Positions 38,522 to 46,963 of a DNA stretch of 64,000 bases are shown piece after piece. The position numbers and the translations under genes are program-made. Within the stretch, counting starts at the first letter, position 1; the number at the start of each line of letters is the position of its first letter. The notes under the pieces are model-generated. The model worked only from the letters and a program-made list of their open reading frames with translations, was not told the origin of the DNA and did not search any database. Source of the stretch: an uncultured Candidatus Saccharibacteria bacterium (lineage in GTDB: Bacteria; Patescibacteriota; Minisyncoccia; Phycocordibacterales; UBA1006); assembly GCA_964464735.1 (NCBI GenBank), contig CAYXKF010000001.1:35690-99689 (forward strand), read 5' to 3'.

Positions 38522-38827
38522 ATGCTTGCGTGGTTTATTCCCATTACAGTGCGCGCCCAAGAGGTATTAGTACCTCAGGTGGTCAAGTTGATGCAAAGCC
38601 TCAATAAGCACGTCATAAACCCATTGGTTAAGGTATTGTTTGTTGTCGCATTGTTGGTATTTGCCTGGGGAGTCATCGAGTTCTTTTTGGCAAAACAAAC
38701 TAACGAAAGTCTTGAACAAGGACGGCAACACATGTTGTGGGGGATTGTTGGAATGGCGATCATGGGGGGAGTGTTTGGTATCATGTACTTCATCATTTCG
38801 ACCCTTGGCGTAACCTATATCCACTAA
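38522..38827 (+). CDS. VirB2/TrbC-like pilin (short form)
   Basis: 101 aa. Signal peptide (VRAQE), TM1 LVKVLFVVALLVFAWGVIEFFLA, loop KQTNESLEQGRQH, TM2 MLWGIVGMAIMGGVFGIMYFIIS. Confidence 0.6.
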   Translation: MLAWFIPITVRAQEVLVPQVVKLMQSLNKHVINPLVKVLFVVALLVFAWGVIEFFLAKQTNESLEQGRQHMLWGIVGMAIMGGVFGIMYFIISTLGVTYIH

Positions 38828-38845
38828 TAAAACGAGCCACGAAAA

Positions 38846-38877
38846 AAGCCCCTGTATTTTGCAGGGGCTTTTAGTTT
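38846..38877. terminator. bidirectional Rho-independent terminator between convergent genes
   Basis: aaaaaa-GCCCCTG-tattttg-CAGGGGC-ttttagtttt. The reverse strand also gives a hairpin plus a T-run. Confidence 0.65.
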
Positions 38878-38888
38878 TAGGCAAATTT

Positions 38889-39893
38889 TTAACTTGCCGT
38901 TTGTGGTTGAACTTTCCAGTAGTAAACAATAAATGTATCACTTACCATGGATTGCATGTAGTAGCTGTAACCAGTATGGTAGTCTAACCTTCCCAGGTTA
39001 TTACTGCCATCTAAAGCTACAGCGATAACATCATTTTTTGTTACGATACCGCCGTTTCTAAAATAAAAATAAGGTTGGTAACCTTTCTCTACTTTAATTA
39101 AGCGGCGATCGTTTTGTTGTAAGTAGAACGTGTCGGCATACATCACGGAGCTGTCTTGATGCGCCATCTTTTTTTCAAGCGTATTGCTTGTTGGTGTTAC
39201 TGTTGCGTACAGCTCATCGTCAGGGCCTTTTAATTTCTTTCTGGCCGAAGAATATGCATTTTCCCGTTCTTCACGAATGCTCGTGGTGAAAGGGCGTAGG
39301 ATGTCAAAATCACTGTCTGATTTTTGTGTTTTACTCGCAGTGCTTTTTTCAGTCGGAGCTGAAAGGAATCCAATAACAACAAATATCGCTACTAATATGC
39401 CAACCGGTTTTGCCCACTTGTAGTGTTTGTCATAATACAAGAAGGTGAAAAATATGGCTACCAGTAGCATGGTCGTAAACATTGCACTCCAGGTCAGCCC
39501 TTGGTGGACGTAGGTAAAAAATCTCCAGTCGCCGTAAATGGAAAAGAATATAAGGAATGCAATTATTCCCAATATCCACCACTTAAAATTCGACCAGAAA
39601 GCTTTAATACCGTTTGTTGTAGTGTTACCACTACTCGTTCCTCCTCCGCTTGAACTGCTGCCTAAGCCGAACAGGGCAGGAATAAGAAAAAGTAGTGAGG
39701 CAACAAGAATAAGTATATAAAAAGCGGCGGGTGCCGCCAAAATGAAGAATGTCCATTTTGCAACGCTCCAATCGCTTAGTAGCCACACTAAAAGTGCAAT
39801 GACTACTGCTGCTACATATATACCTACCCATTTCCAATTACTGGTTGCAGCAGAATTGATTCTGTTGCGCGTGTTGTTGATTTGTGCTTGCAC
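38889..39893 (-). CDS. hypothetical polytopic membrane protein with C-terminal extracytoplasmic domain
   Basis: 334 aa. The N-terminal ~170 aa carry 5 TM helices and a Gly/Ser/Thr-rich loop. The C-terminal ~150 aa are soluble and Tyr-rich. It lies 13 nt downstream of the SPFH-like gene on the same strand. Confidence 0.5.
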   Translation of the reverse strand: MQAQINNTRNRINSAATSNWKWVGIYVAAVVIALLVWLLSDWSVAKWTFFILAAPAAFYILILVASLLFLIPALFGLGSSSSGGGTSSGNTTTNGIKAFWSNFKWWILGIIAFLIFFSIYGDWRFFTYVHQGLTWSAMFTTMLLVAIFFTFLYYDKHYKWAKPVGILVAIFVVIGFLSAPTEKSTASKTQKSDSDFDILRPFTTSIREERENAYSSARKKLKGPDDELYATVTPTSNTLEKKMAHQDSSVMYADTFYLQQNDRRLIKVEKGYQPYFYFRNGGIVTKNDVIAVALDGSNNLGRLDYHTGYSYYMQSMVSDTFIVYYWKVQPQTAS

Positions 39894-39906
39894 TTTGTTT
39901 AATTTT

Positions 39907-41016
39907 TTAAGTGTTAACTAATGATTGAACCCCAATTGCTCTTAATTGGCTTTGGGGAAGCATGTAGTTGAAAAGTGCCTTGTCGTCAACCTTACCGTTT
40001 TTGTCGGTAAATTCTGCGATAAGTAGTTTTGCAACTTCAGCTTCGCCTTCACCATGCTTGATGGCAATTTCTTTTTCTGTTTCTGCCTGCAGAAGCTTCT
40101 TCTTTAATATGGTTATTAAAAGAATTTCACGCAATAAATCACGAGTTGCTTCGTCGGAAGGGTTCATATACACAATAGCGGTATTATGAGTTTTGAATCC
40201 GAATTCAGCATCAAAACCTTGAGCTAGTTTCTTGTAGCTCTGATCTTCGATCATCTTTTTTCGCTCGTCGTCACTGTACGATTGGAAGGTGTAATTAAGT
40301 ATGTCGAATATCGGTGCGATTTTTACGCTGTCAGTACTAAGAAGCATTTCTGCCGTCTGGTCGTTTCCAAAATCACGCAAGGCAGGTTCGTACGAGGTAT
40401 GGAGTACCTGATAAAAACCACCTGGAGTGCCTGATTGAATACGATAGTCAGTAGATTCGATATCAGTGAGAATCATTACGTTGAACTTTGCGCCTTTCTC
40501 AAATAATTCCAATTCGTTGTAAAGTATCCCTACGTTAGTTATTTCTTCGCGAAGAATTCCAGGATCCAGTTTTTTTTCTATAAGTCTGGGTTTTTCGCCT
40601 TCCTGGGTTGAAGGAGGTATTTCCTGGTAACTTACAACTTCTTTTGAGCGGACGCCGGGCATCCAACTGCTGTAGCGATAAAGCTTAAGAAATTTGTTAA
40701 CGAATGATTCCTTTGGTAATTGCGCCAATTCATCAGGAGTAAGGTTGTCGAAAACTTTTCCTGAAGTGTGGATAAGCCGGCCTCTATGCCTACTTTCTCC
40801 AAGCACTCCAACGAATCTTCCGAATAGGGTATATACTACAACTTCTCCGGTTCTTTGTGGGCCCCGTCCCCAAAATATTTCTTTCGTCATCCCAAAAAGG
40901 TAGGCGAAAGGTAGTTCTAATGTAAGGAGGCTTTTTATAGCTTCAATGATGATTTTCCCTAAAGACCAGTCATTAGCTTGGGCCTCTTCGATGCGGTTTG
41001 GATTAATTTGATTCAT
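39907..41016 (-). CDS. hypothetical protein, possibly SPFH/band-7 (flotillin)-like
   Basis: 369 aa. N-terminal GEVVVYTLFGRFVGVLGESRHRGRLIH resembles the start of an SPFH domain. The C-terminal LQAETEKEIAIKHGEGEAEVAKLLIAEF resembles the flotillin/HflK EA-repeat helix. The assignment is tentative. Confidence 0.4.
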   Translation of the reverse strand: MNQINPNRIEEAQANDWSLGKIIIEAIKSLLTLELPFAYLFGMTKEIFWGRGPQRTGEVVVYTLFGRFVGVLGESRHRGRLIHTSGKVFDNLTPDELAQLPKESFVNKFLKLYRYSSWMPGVRSKEVVSYQEIPPSTQEGEKPRLIEKKLDPGILREEITNVGILYNELELFEKGAKFNVMILTDIESTDYRIQSGTPGGFYQVLHTSYEPALRDFGNDQTAEMLLSTDSVKIAPIFDILNYTFQSYSDDERKKMIEDQSYKKLAQGFDAEFGFKTHNTAIVYMNPSDEATRDLLREILLITILKKKLLQAETEKEIAIKHGEGEAEVAKLLIAEFTDKNGKVDDKALFNYMLPQSQLRAIGVQSLVNT

Positions 41017-41170
41017 CCTTTTCTGTTTTATTTTTGTTTACAAATATTGTTTTTTCAAAGGGCTATCAATACGATAGCTTGGTAGTATTATATCATATTT
41101 AAACTATAAAGTCAAGGTAGGGGAACGTCAAAAAAGCCTTATTTTTCAATAAGAATTACCCAAAACCGGT

Positions 41171-41623
41171 CTATTCGACCTTGACGATGATTTTTTTATC
41201 AATACCTAAAAAGCTGCCGGCGTGGATTGCCGAAAGCAGTAAAAGACAAATAAAGTAAATAACGTAGTGGTTTACCAGGTATCCGCCGTCGGTTGTGTAC
41301 GGAAAAGTAAGGGTCGGTAAATATAAAAGCATCATGATGATCATACCAATGGTCGTAAAAAAGCGCAGATAAAAACCTAAGATTACGGCAATGCCGACAA
41401 CAACTAAAATCCAAGGAATTGCTGCGTCAAAAATACCAACGATCTTTGCTGATGCAAGCCAGTCGTACACTTGGGGCAGTGTTGCTGATTTTGCAAACGT
41501 TGATTGTAGGCTCCAGGCGGCGTCCTTAAGCGCGCTGATGCCTTGGTAGGTCAAAAGCCATCCGATTGCGATGCGCAAAAATAACACAGCGCCTTTAGTG
41601 AAGTTGGAAATTTCCATACGCAT
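41171..41623 (-). CDS. DoxX-family membrane protein
   Basis: 150 aa with 4 TM helices. The N-terminal LFLRIAIGWLLTYQGISALKD fits the DoxX RIxxGxxFxxxGxxK pattern. Confidence 0.55.
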   Translation of the reverse strand: MRMEISNFTKGAVLFLRIAIGWLLTYQGISALKDAAWSLQSTFAKSATLPQVYDWLASAKIVGIFDAAIPWILVVVGIAVILGFYLRFFTTIGMIIMMLLYLPTLTFPYTTDGGYLVNHYVIYFICLLLLSAIHAGSFLGIDKKIIVKVE

Positions 41624-41704
41624 AAGTATACATCACTCGAAACGATAATAAAACAGGGGACATTGATATAGGGCGTCCTCTCTGCTATAGTACAACTCGT
41701 TTTA

Positions 41705-41776
41705 GGCGTGGTGGCGAAGTGGTAACGCTTCGGTCTGCAAAACCGACATGCGCGGGTTCAATTCCCGCCCACGCCT
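41705..41776 (+). tRNA. tRNA-Cys (anticodon GCA)
   Basis: GGCGTGG-TG-GCGAAGTGGTAACGC-T-TCGGT-CTGCAAA-ACCGA-CATG-CGCGGGTTCAATTCCCGC-CCACGCC with discriminator U. Confidence 0.85.
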
Positions 41777-41824
41777 CAAGGTTGATTTTACGCAGAAATG
41801 CAGTAAGATAGCTTTCGTGTTTAA

Positions 41825-41905
41825 TGCCGGGGTGGTGAAATGGCAGACACACCTGCCTTAGGAGCAGGCGCCGCAAGGCATGGAGGTTCAAGTCCTCTCC
41901 CCGGC
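41825..41905 (+). tRNA. tRNA-Leu (anticodon UAG), class II with long variable arm
   Basis: GCCGGGG-TG-GTGAAATGGCAGACAC-A-CCTGC-CTTAGGA-GCAGG, a long variable arm CGCCGCAAGGCAT, then GGAGGTTCAAGTCCTCT-CCCCGGC with discriminator A. Confidence 0.85.
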
Positions 41906-41931
41906 ACATGTGGAATACACGTATTCCAACA

Positions 41932-42004
41932 TCCGCCCGTAGCTCAGTTGGTAGAGCAGTCGCCTCTTAAGCGAACGGTCCTTGGTTCGAATCCAAGCGG
42001 GCGG
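41932..42004 (+). tRNA. tRNA-Lys (anticodon CUU)
   Basis: CCGCCCG-TA-GCTCAGTTGGTAGAGC-A-GTCGC-CTCTTAA-GCGAA-CGGTC-CTTGGTTCGAATCCAAG-CGGGCGG with discriminator A. There is one mismatch at the top of the anticodon stem. Confidence 0.8.
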
Positions 42005-42015
42005 ACAGACAGTCA

Positions 42016-42098
42016 TGCCCGAGTGGCGGAATGGTTTACGCAGAGGACTTAAAATCCTTCCCCTTCAACGGGTTGTGGGTTCGACTCCCACCTCGGGC
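42016..42098 (+). tRNA. tRNA-Leu (anticodon UAA), class II with long variable arm
   Basis: GCCCGAG-TG-GCGGAATGGTTTACGC-A-GAGGA-CTTAAAA-TCCTT, long variable arm CCCCTTCAACGGGTT, then GTGGGTTCGACTCCCAC-CTCGGGC with discriminator A. It is followed by a T-run. Confidence 0.85.
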
Positions 42099-42099
42099 A

Positions 42100-42423
42100 C
42101 TAGTTTTTTTCTTCGGCTATAAGTCGATAAATAACATCGCGCTTCTTGGCGCCGTCATCAATATGCCATGCGTATGTCTTAGGAAGCATGCCGCGCGTAT
42201 TCTTTTTTAAGTATGTCTTGATATCGACAATATGCTTTTGCAAAAAGCGCAGCGCATCTTTTTCGTACTTTTCGGGTAATACGCTTACACCGACGGTTGC
42301 GTGCGAAATATCCGGCGAAAGTTCAAGGCGTGCGACGGTGATAAGTGAATCACGGTTGGCATTTTTAGTAACCCATTGGGCAATCTGTTTTTGCAATTCT
42401 TTTTCAAGCGCTTCTTTTTTCAT
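42100..42423 (-). CDS. rbfA: ribosome-binding factor A
   Basis: 107 aa. SLITVARLELSPDISHATVGVSVL matches the RbfA core. It sits immediately downstream of infB on the same strand. Confidence 0.8.
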   Translation of the reverse strand: MKKEALEKELQKQIAQWVTKNANRDSLITVARLELSPDISHATVGVSVLPEKYEKDALRFLQKHIVDIKTYLKKNTRGMLPKTYAWHIDDGAKKRDVIYRLIAEEKN

Positions 42424-42425
42424 AA

Positions 42426-43895
42426 TTATTCAAAGTGTGATGCGATTAATGTTTCGCCACCGTTAAATTCGATAGGCGATTCGACCAGTAAGCCACATTC
42501 GGTTTCGGCTCGCGCAACGTCGGCTTCAATTTTGCCAAGCTTGATCATGGTTATTTTACCTTTGCCAATGCGTTCGTCGCCGCGTTCAATCTGAATTAGT
42601 TCGTCTTGTTTAAAAAGCCCGTCAGTAATACGGCAACCCAACACGGTACCGCTTTTAGTTGCACTAAATACCTTAAGCACTTTTGCCTTGCCAGTGATAA
42701 TTTCAACCGGTTCGCGCACGGTGCGCTTTTCACGTTCGGCCTCAAGCCATTCAGTCAATTTGTAAATGATGCTAAATTGCTCGACGGTCGCATATTGGCG
42801 TTCGTCCATAGTAAGCACGCGGCTGTCTTCTTTGACGTTAAAACCAAAAACGATCGAGCCGGTGCTGCTAGCTGCTAGTTGTATGTCAGATTCGTTAATG
42901 TCGCCGATGCCAGTCTTGATGATCTTAAACAAAATGTATTCGTTGCTGCGCTTTTTAATTTCGCTTTCAATTGCTTCGATGCTGCCAAACGTATCGCCTT
43001 TGATGATAATTGGTACGACTAAGCGCTTGTCGTTTTCATCGACTTGTTGCTGTACTTTTTGGCTGACCAATTCGCGATACACACGCAGTGCATCCTCGGC
43101 CTCTTTTTTAGTAGCGTAGGTTTCAAAGTGCGCACCAACGCGGGGAAGTGCGTCAAAACCAATTACTGTTACTGGGCTTGACGCGCTTGGCTCGATAATT
43201 GCCTTGCCTAAAAAGTTTTCCAAAATGCGTGTGGTCGACATATTGCCCTCGATCACGATAAAGCCGCCTTTGGGGATGATTCCTTGCTTAATAATAAGTG
43301 TTGCTGAAATGCCACGCTTTTTATCAAGGTGTGATTCGATCACGAAGCCTGATGCGGGAACGGCAGGGTCATGGGTAAAGTTTTCCATTTCGGCTGAAAG
43401 CAAGATCATGTCAAGTAATTCACTAATGCCTTCGCCGGTTTTTGCCGAGACATTAATGGCGGCCACAGTTCCGCCGTAGCCTTCGACAAACACGCCATGC
43501 TCCATAAGATCAGCTTTTACTTTTTCAGGGTTTGCGTTTGGTTTATCGATTTTGTTGACGGCAACAATAAAAGGAACTTTTTTATCCAAAATAGTATTGA
43601 TCGCTTCAACTGTTTGCGCCTTAACCGAATCTTCGGCCGATACAACCAATATTGCAATATCGGCAACGTTCGCACCGCGGTAGCGCATGTTGGTAAATGC
43701 TGCGTGACCTGGCGTATCAATAAAAGTAATTTTTTCGCCTGCATGTTCAACTTCGTATGCCGAGATGTGCTGCGTAATGCCGCCCGCTTCGGTCGCGACC
43801 ACATTTGATTTGCGAATATAATCAAGAAGCGTCGACTTTCCGTGGTCGACGTGTCCCATGATTACTACAACTGGTGATCGCTTAATGGTGCTCAT
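42426..43895 (-). CDS. infB: translation initiation factor IF-2 (short form lacking N-terminal domains)
   Basis: The G domain has VVVIMGHVDHGKSTLLD, DTPGHAAF and NKID. 489 aa. Confidence 0.95.
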   Translation of the reverse strand: MSTIKRSPVVVIMGHVDHGKSTLLDYIRKSNVVATEAGGITQHISAYEVEHAGEKITFIDTPGHAAFTNMRYRGANVADIAILVVSAEDSVKAQTVEAINTILDKKVPFIVAVNKIDKPNANPEKVKADLMEHGVFVEGYGGTVAAINVSAKTGEGISELLDMILLSAEMENFTHDPAVPASGFVIESHLDKKRGISATLIIKQGIIPKGGFIVIEGNMSTTRILENFLGKAIIEPSASSPVTVIGFDALPRVGAHFETYATKKEAEDALRVYRELVSQKVQQQVDENDKRLVVPIIIKGDTFGSIEAIESEIKKRSNEYILFKIIKTGIGDINESDIQLAASSTGSIVFGFNVKEDSRVLTMDERQYATVEQFSIIYKLTEWLEAEREKRTVREPVEIITGKAKVLKVFSATKSGTVLGCRITDGLFKQDELIQIERGDERIGKGKITMIKLGKIEADVARAETECGLLVESPIEFNGGETLIASHFE

Positions 43896-43900
43896 AGTGT

Positions 43901-44374
43901 TTATGCACTGTTAAGTGCAATATGGATTGCTGTCTCTTCTTCTTCGCTTAAATCGAAATCAACCGTGCCATTTTTAATTTGCTTGGTAAACAATTGCAAT
44001 CGTTCGCGTACTGATAAAAAAGTAATGAGGTAGCCTGATTTTTGTTCATTCAATAATGCTAATGCAAAGCTTTGGTTGCCGCCTAGATCGGGAAGGGCGT
44101 TAAATTTCACAAACCCAGTGTAGCGAATAGCGCCTTGCACTTTTGTTTGAAGTTCGGCGATAAGTGCCTCGGCATTTGCTTGTTTGCGCTGAAGTGCCTT
44201 GATGTCGGCACCAAGCAAGCGAATGACATCTTCAAGCGAATCAGCCTTTTTTCCGCGAAGCAGCTTGCTGATGCGCATGCCGTTAAGTGTCGTGATAATG
44301 CACGCGATAAATGATAGAACCAAACTGATTGCAAGAATGATAAGTTGGGTTGACATATAGGGGCGATTATACAT
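43901..44374 (-). CDS. DUF4446-like membrane-anchored protein
   Basis: 157 aa with an N-terminal TM helix. IRYTGFVKFNALPDLGGNQSFALALLNEQKSGYLITFLSVRE resembles the DUF4446 conserved core (RYn.F...GGnQSF.lALLD). It is 5 nt upstream of infB. Confidence 0.5.
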   Translation of the reverse strand: MYNRPYMSTQLIILAISLVLSFIACIITTLNGMRISKLLRGKKADSLEDVIRLLGADIKALQRKQANAEALIAELQTKVQGAIRYTGFVKFNALPDLGGNQSFALALLNEQKSGYLITFLSVRERLQLFTKQIKNGTVDFDLSEEEETAIHIALNSA

Positions 44375-44409
44375 ATATTTAGCAGAGTTTCAATGTATTT
44401 ATTACCACT

Positions 44410-45624
44410 ATGCGCTTATTTACCCGCAAACCACTATATTTTGACAGTGCGTCTGGGCAGCCAGTATCCGCAAAGGTGCTGCGTTACATGCGTTCGATTC
44501 AAGAAACTTCCGATATTAACCCAAGCGGCCTTTGTGGCGTGCATCAAAAGTCACGCGCACTTCTTGAAGATGCACGCAAAAGTATCGCCAAAGAAATAGC
44601 CGCATTGCCGCGCCAGGTTGTTTTTACGCACAGCGGGACCGAATCAAATGCTTTGGCCGTAGGTGGTATGTTGTCAAAACTGTTTAGCGAAGGGAAGCGT
44701 GACATGCATGTTATTACAACTGCAATCGAACATAGCTCAGTGCATCATTTGCTTGATCAGTACGCATCCGTGTATTCATTTACTGTTCACTTTGCATCTT
44801 TAGAAAACGGCCAAGTCGATATTAAAGCTCTGCGTGAAATGATCATTGCACTTAAGCCGGTGTTGATTTCGATACAGTATGTAAACAGCGAAACTGGCAT
44901 TATTCAAGATATTCGCGAAATTGCGCGTGCTATTCGTCATGCAAAAAAACAAGATCAAACGATCGAAACGCTGTTGCATACGGACGCAGCACAGGCACAA
45001 TACTGTGATTTGCATATTGACCGATTGGGCGTTGACTTTATGTCATTTTCAAGCGGAAAAATTGGCGGCCCACGGGGTGCTGCTGCGTTGTTTGTTCGCG
45101 ACCAAAAAAATATCATGGGCTATTTAGGTAAAGGTTCGCAAGAATACGGGCTATTTTCGGGAACCGAAAATGTGTTGGCAATTGCCGGCTTTGCGTATGC
45201 GTTTTCGTTGGCTCGTGATAACTACGAACAAAAAGCAAAACAACTTGCAGAGCTTCGAAGCTATCTTATAACCCAACTTCAAAAAGATATTCCTGAATGT
45301 GAAATCAACCAGGCAGCTTTAGTTGATATGCAATCACCGCATGTTGTGTCGGTTTCGATCCCCAATGCGCTTTCGGAACAATTGGTGATCGAACTTGATG
45401 CAAGGGGAATTGTCAGTTCGGCAAAGTCAGCATGCGAGTCGTTTGACGGTGGTCCGTCGCATGTCATCCGTGCGCTGTATGGTAACGTGCGTGACAGCTG
45501 GGGAACCGTGCGATTTTCGTTTGATAATTCTATTTCAAAAAGTGATGCTCGGTATGCGTCAAATGTTTTAGGTAAAACAATCAAAAAGATACGTAATATC
45601 CAAAGCCGTTTTAAGATAATTTAA
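44410..45624 (+). CDS. cysteine desulfurase family protein (class V aminotransferase, IscS/NifS-like)
   Basis: HTDAAQA and the PLP-lysine region SFSSGKIGGPRGAAALFV. 404 aa. Confidence 0.85.
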   Translation: MRLFTRKPLYFDSASGQPVSAKVLRYMRSIQETSDINPSGLCGVHQKSRALLEDARKSIAKEIAALPRQVVFTHSGTESNALAVGGMLSKLFSEGKRDMHVITTAIEHSSVHHLLDQYASVYSFTVHFASLENGQVDIKALREMIIALKPVLISIQYVNSETGIIQDIREIARAIRHAKKQDQTIETLLHTDAAQAQYCDLHIDRLGVDFMSFSSGKIGGPRGAAALFVRDQKNIMGYLGKGSQEYGLFSGTENVLAIAGFAYAFSLARDNYEQKAKQLAELRSYLITQLQKDIPECEINQAALVDMQSPHVVSVSIPNALSEQLVIELDARGIVSSAKSACESFDGGPSHVIRALYGNVRDSWGTVRFSFDNSISKSDARYASNVLGKTIKKIRNIQSRFKII

Positions 45625-45667
45625 TATCAATGCAGCTGTTTGACATTCTCTTTTTGAAGGGTAGTAT

Positions 45668-46915
45668 TTGTTGCAAATCCTTCTCAAGATGAAAGCAAAA
45701 ATCTCACCAAACAACCCGCTTGATCCTTTTACTATGGATTATCATATCAATGTAATGTTGGCCATATCACTTTTGAATCGTTACAAAACACCATTGTACT
45801 TATGCAATGGGATACAACTCACCAATACGCTGTTTCATGTTGAAAACGGCGACGGCACGTTTAAACACGCCTTGCTGGAATTCCAGAACGCTGATATTGC
45901 CCACACCTGTGGCTCGTATTTAAAAAATGCATTTCCTGCTCATTTAAGCAAGTTGGTAGAAATGCCGGCTAATTCTGTTTCAAAAAAGGTTGGTATTATA
46001 ACCAACGGTACAGATTTAAGTGAGTATGAGTTTGTATTAGATACTGCTACCACAGAAACTACTACTCCGGCTATACTGCCGGAGGATGAGGATGAGCTTA
46101 CAATTTACGTACCATTAGAGGTACCCGAACAGACACCTATTAAAGAAGTTGCTGAAACAAAAATTGAAAAACAAATCGAAGAAAAATTAAATAACAAAAA
46201 TCAACAAACTGATATGAATAAGAATGCAAACATAAAGAAAGAAATTAGCGCGGTAATGCGTGAGCGTGAACTGAATGAGGGCGCCGACTATTCAATGACT
46301 GTCAAAGATAGTGATGGAGGCGCATATGCGGAAATTGCCCTTAAAGGAGGTGCTCAAAAGTTGGCTAACCTTGTTGTCCTATCACTTAAAAACAAAGGTT
46401 TGAAAGCTGTAAAGTTAAAAGGCACTAATACTATCAGCGTAGAGATTGTAAAAGGCGTAGAGGCAAAACCATCATCTTCTGTCAAAGGGGGTGATAAAAA
46501 AGCCGCTAAACAAAATAAGCCAATTCAGAAGCGCAAGTACGTTCGCAGGGTTGAAAAGCCTGTTGCTAAAAAAGTACCTGTTAAGGCTAAGGCAAAGACG
46601 GTAGTTGCAAAACCCTTAAAACCCCGTAAGGCTAAGACCGGTCTTAACTCTGATGCCCTAATCGAACAGATTTTCTGTTCGCTTGGCGAGGAAAAAGTTA
46701 AGGAGATTGCATTGGGTTTGGGATTTGAACTTTTAGATGAAACATCAGGTCAGCTTGATGCTGATACATTATTTGCCGTATTGAAGAAGAATAATTTAGC
46801 GATTGTTCCTGTAAATGAAGCAGTAACCGATGTAAAATTTACTGTAGCCAAAGGCTTTACCTACAAAGTAAATGCTGTTGGTACAAGAAAAATGAGAGAA
46901 CTGCTGAATGCATAA
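45668..46915 (+). CDS. hypothetical protein with lysine-rich histone-H1-like low-complexity segment
   Basis: About 410 aa. The central segment KPSSSVKGGDKKAAKQNKPIQKRKYVRRVEKPVAKKVPVKAKAKTVVAKPLKPRKAKTG is strongly basic. The start could be TTG 45668 or ATG 45689. Confidence 0.5.
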   Translation: MLQILLKMKAKISPNNPLDPFTMDYHINVMLAISLLNRYKTPLYLCNGIQLTNTLFHVENGDGTFKHALLEFQNADIAHTCGSYLKNAFPAHLSKLVEMPANSVSKKVGIITNGTDLSEYEFVLDTATTETTTPAILPEDEDELTIYVPLEVPEQTPIKEVAETKIEKQIEEKLNNKNQQTDMNKNANIKKEISAVMRERELNEGADYSMTVKDSDGGAYAEIALKGGAQKLANLVVLSLKNKGLKAVKLKGTNTISVEIVKGVEAKPSSSVKGGDKKAAKQNKPIQKRKYVRRVEKPVAKKVPVKAKAKTVVAKPLKPRKAKTGLNSDALIEQIFCSLGEEKVKEIALGLGFELLDETSGQLDADTLFAVLKKNNLAIVPVNEAVTDVKFTVAKGFTYKVNAVGTRKMRELLNA

Positions 46916-46963
46916 TTTAGCAAAACAGGTTAAGCAAAATGCTGTCCGTAATAGGGCAGCATT

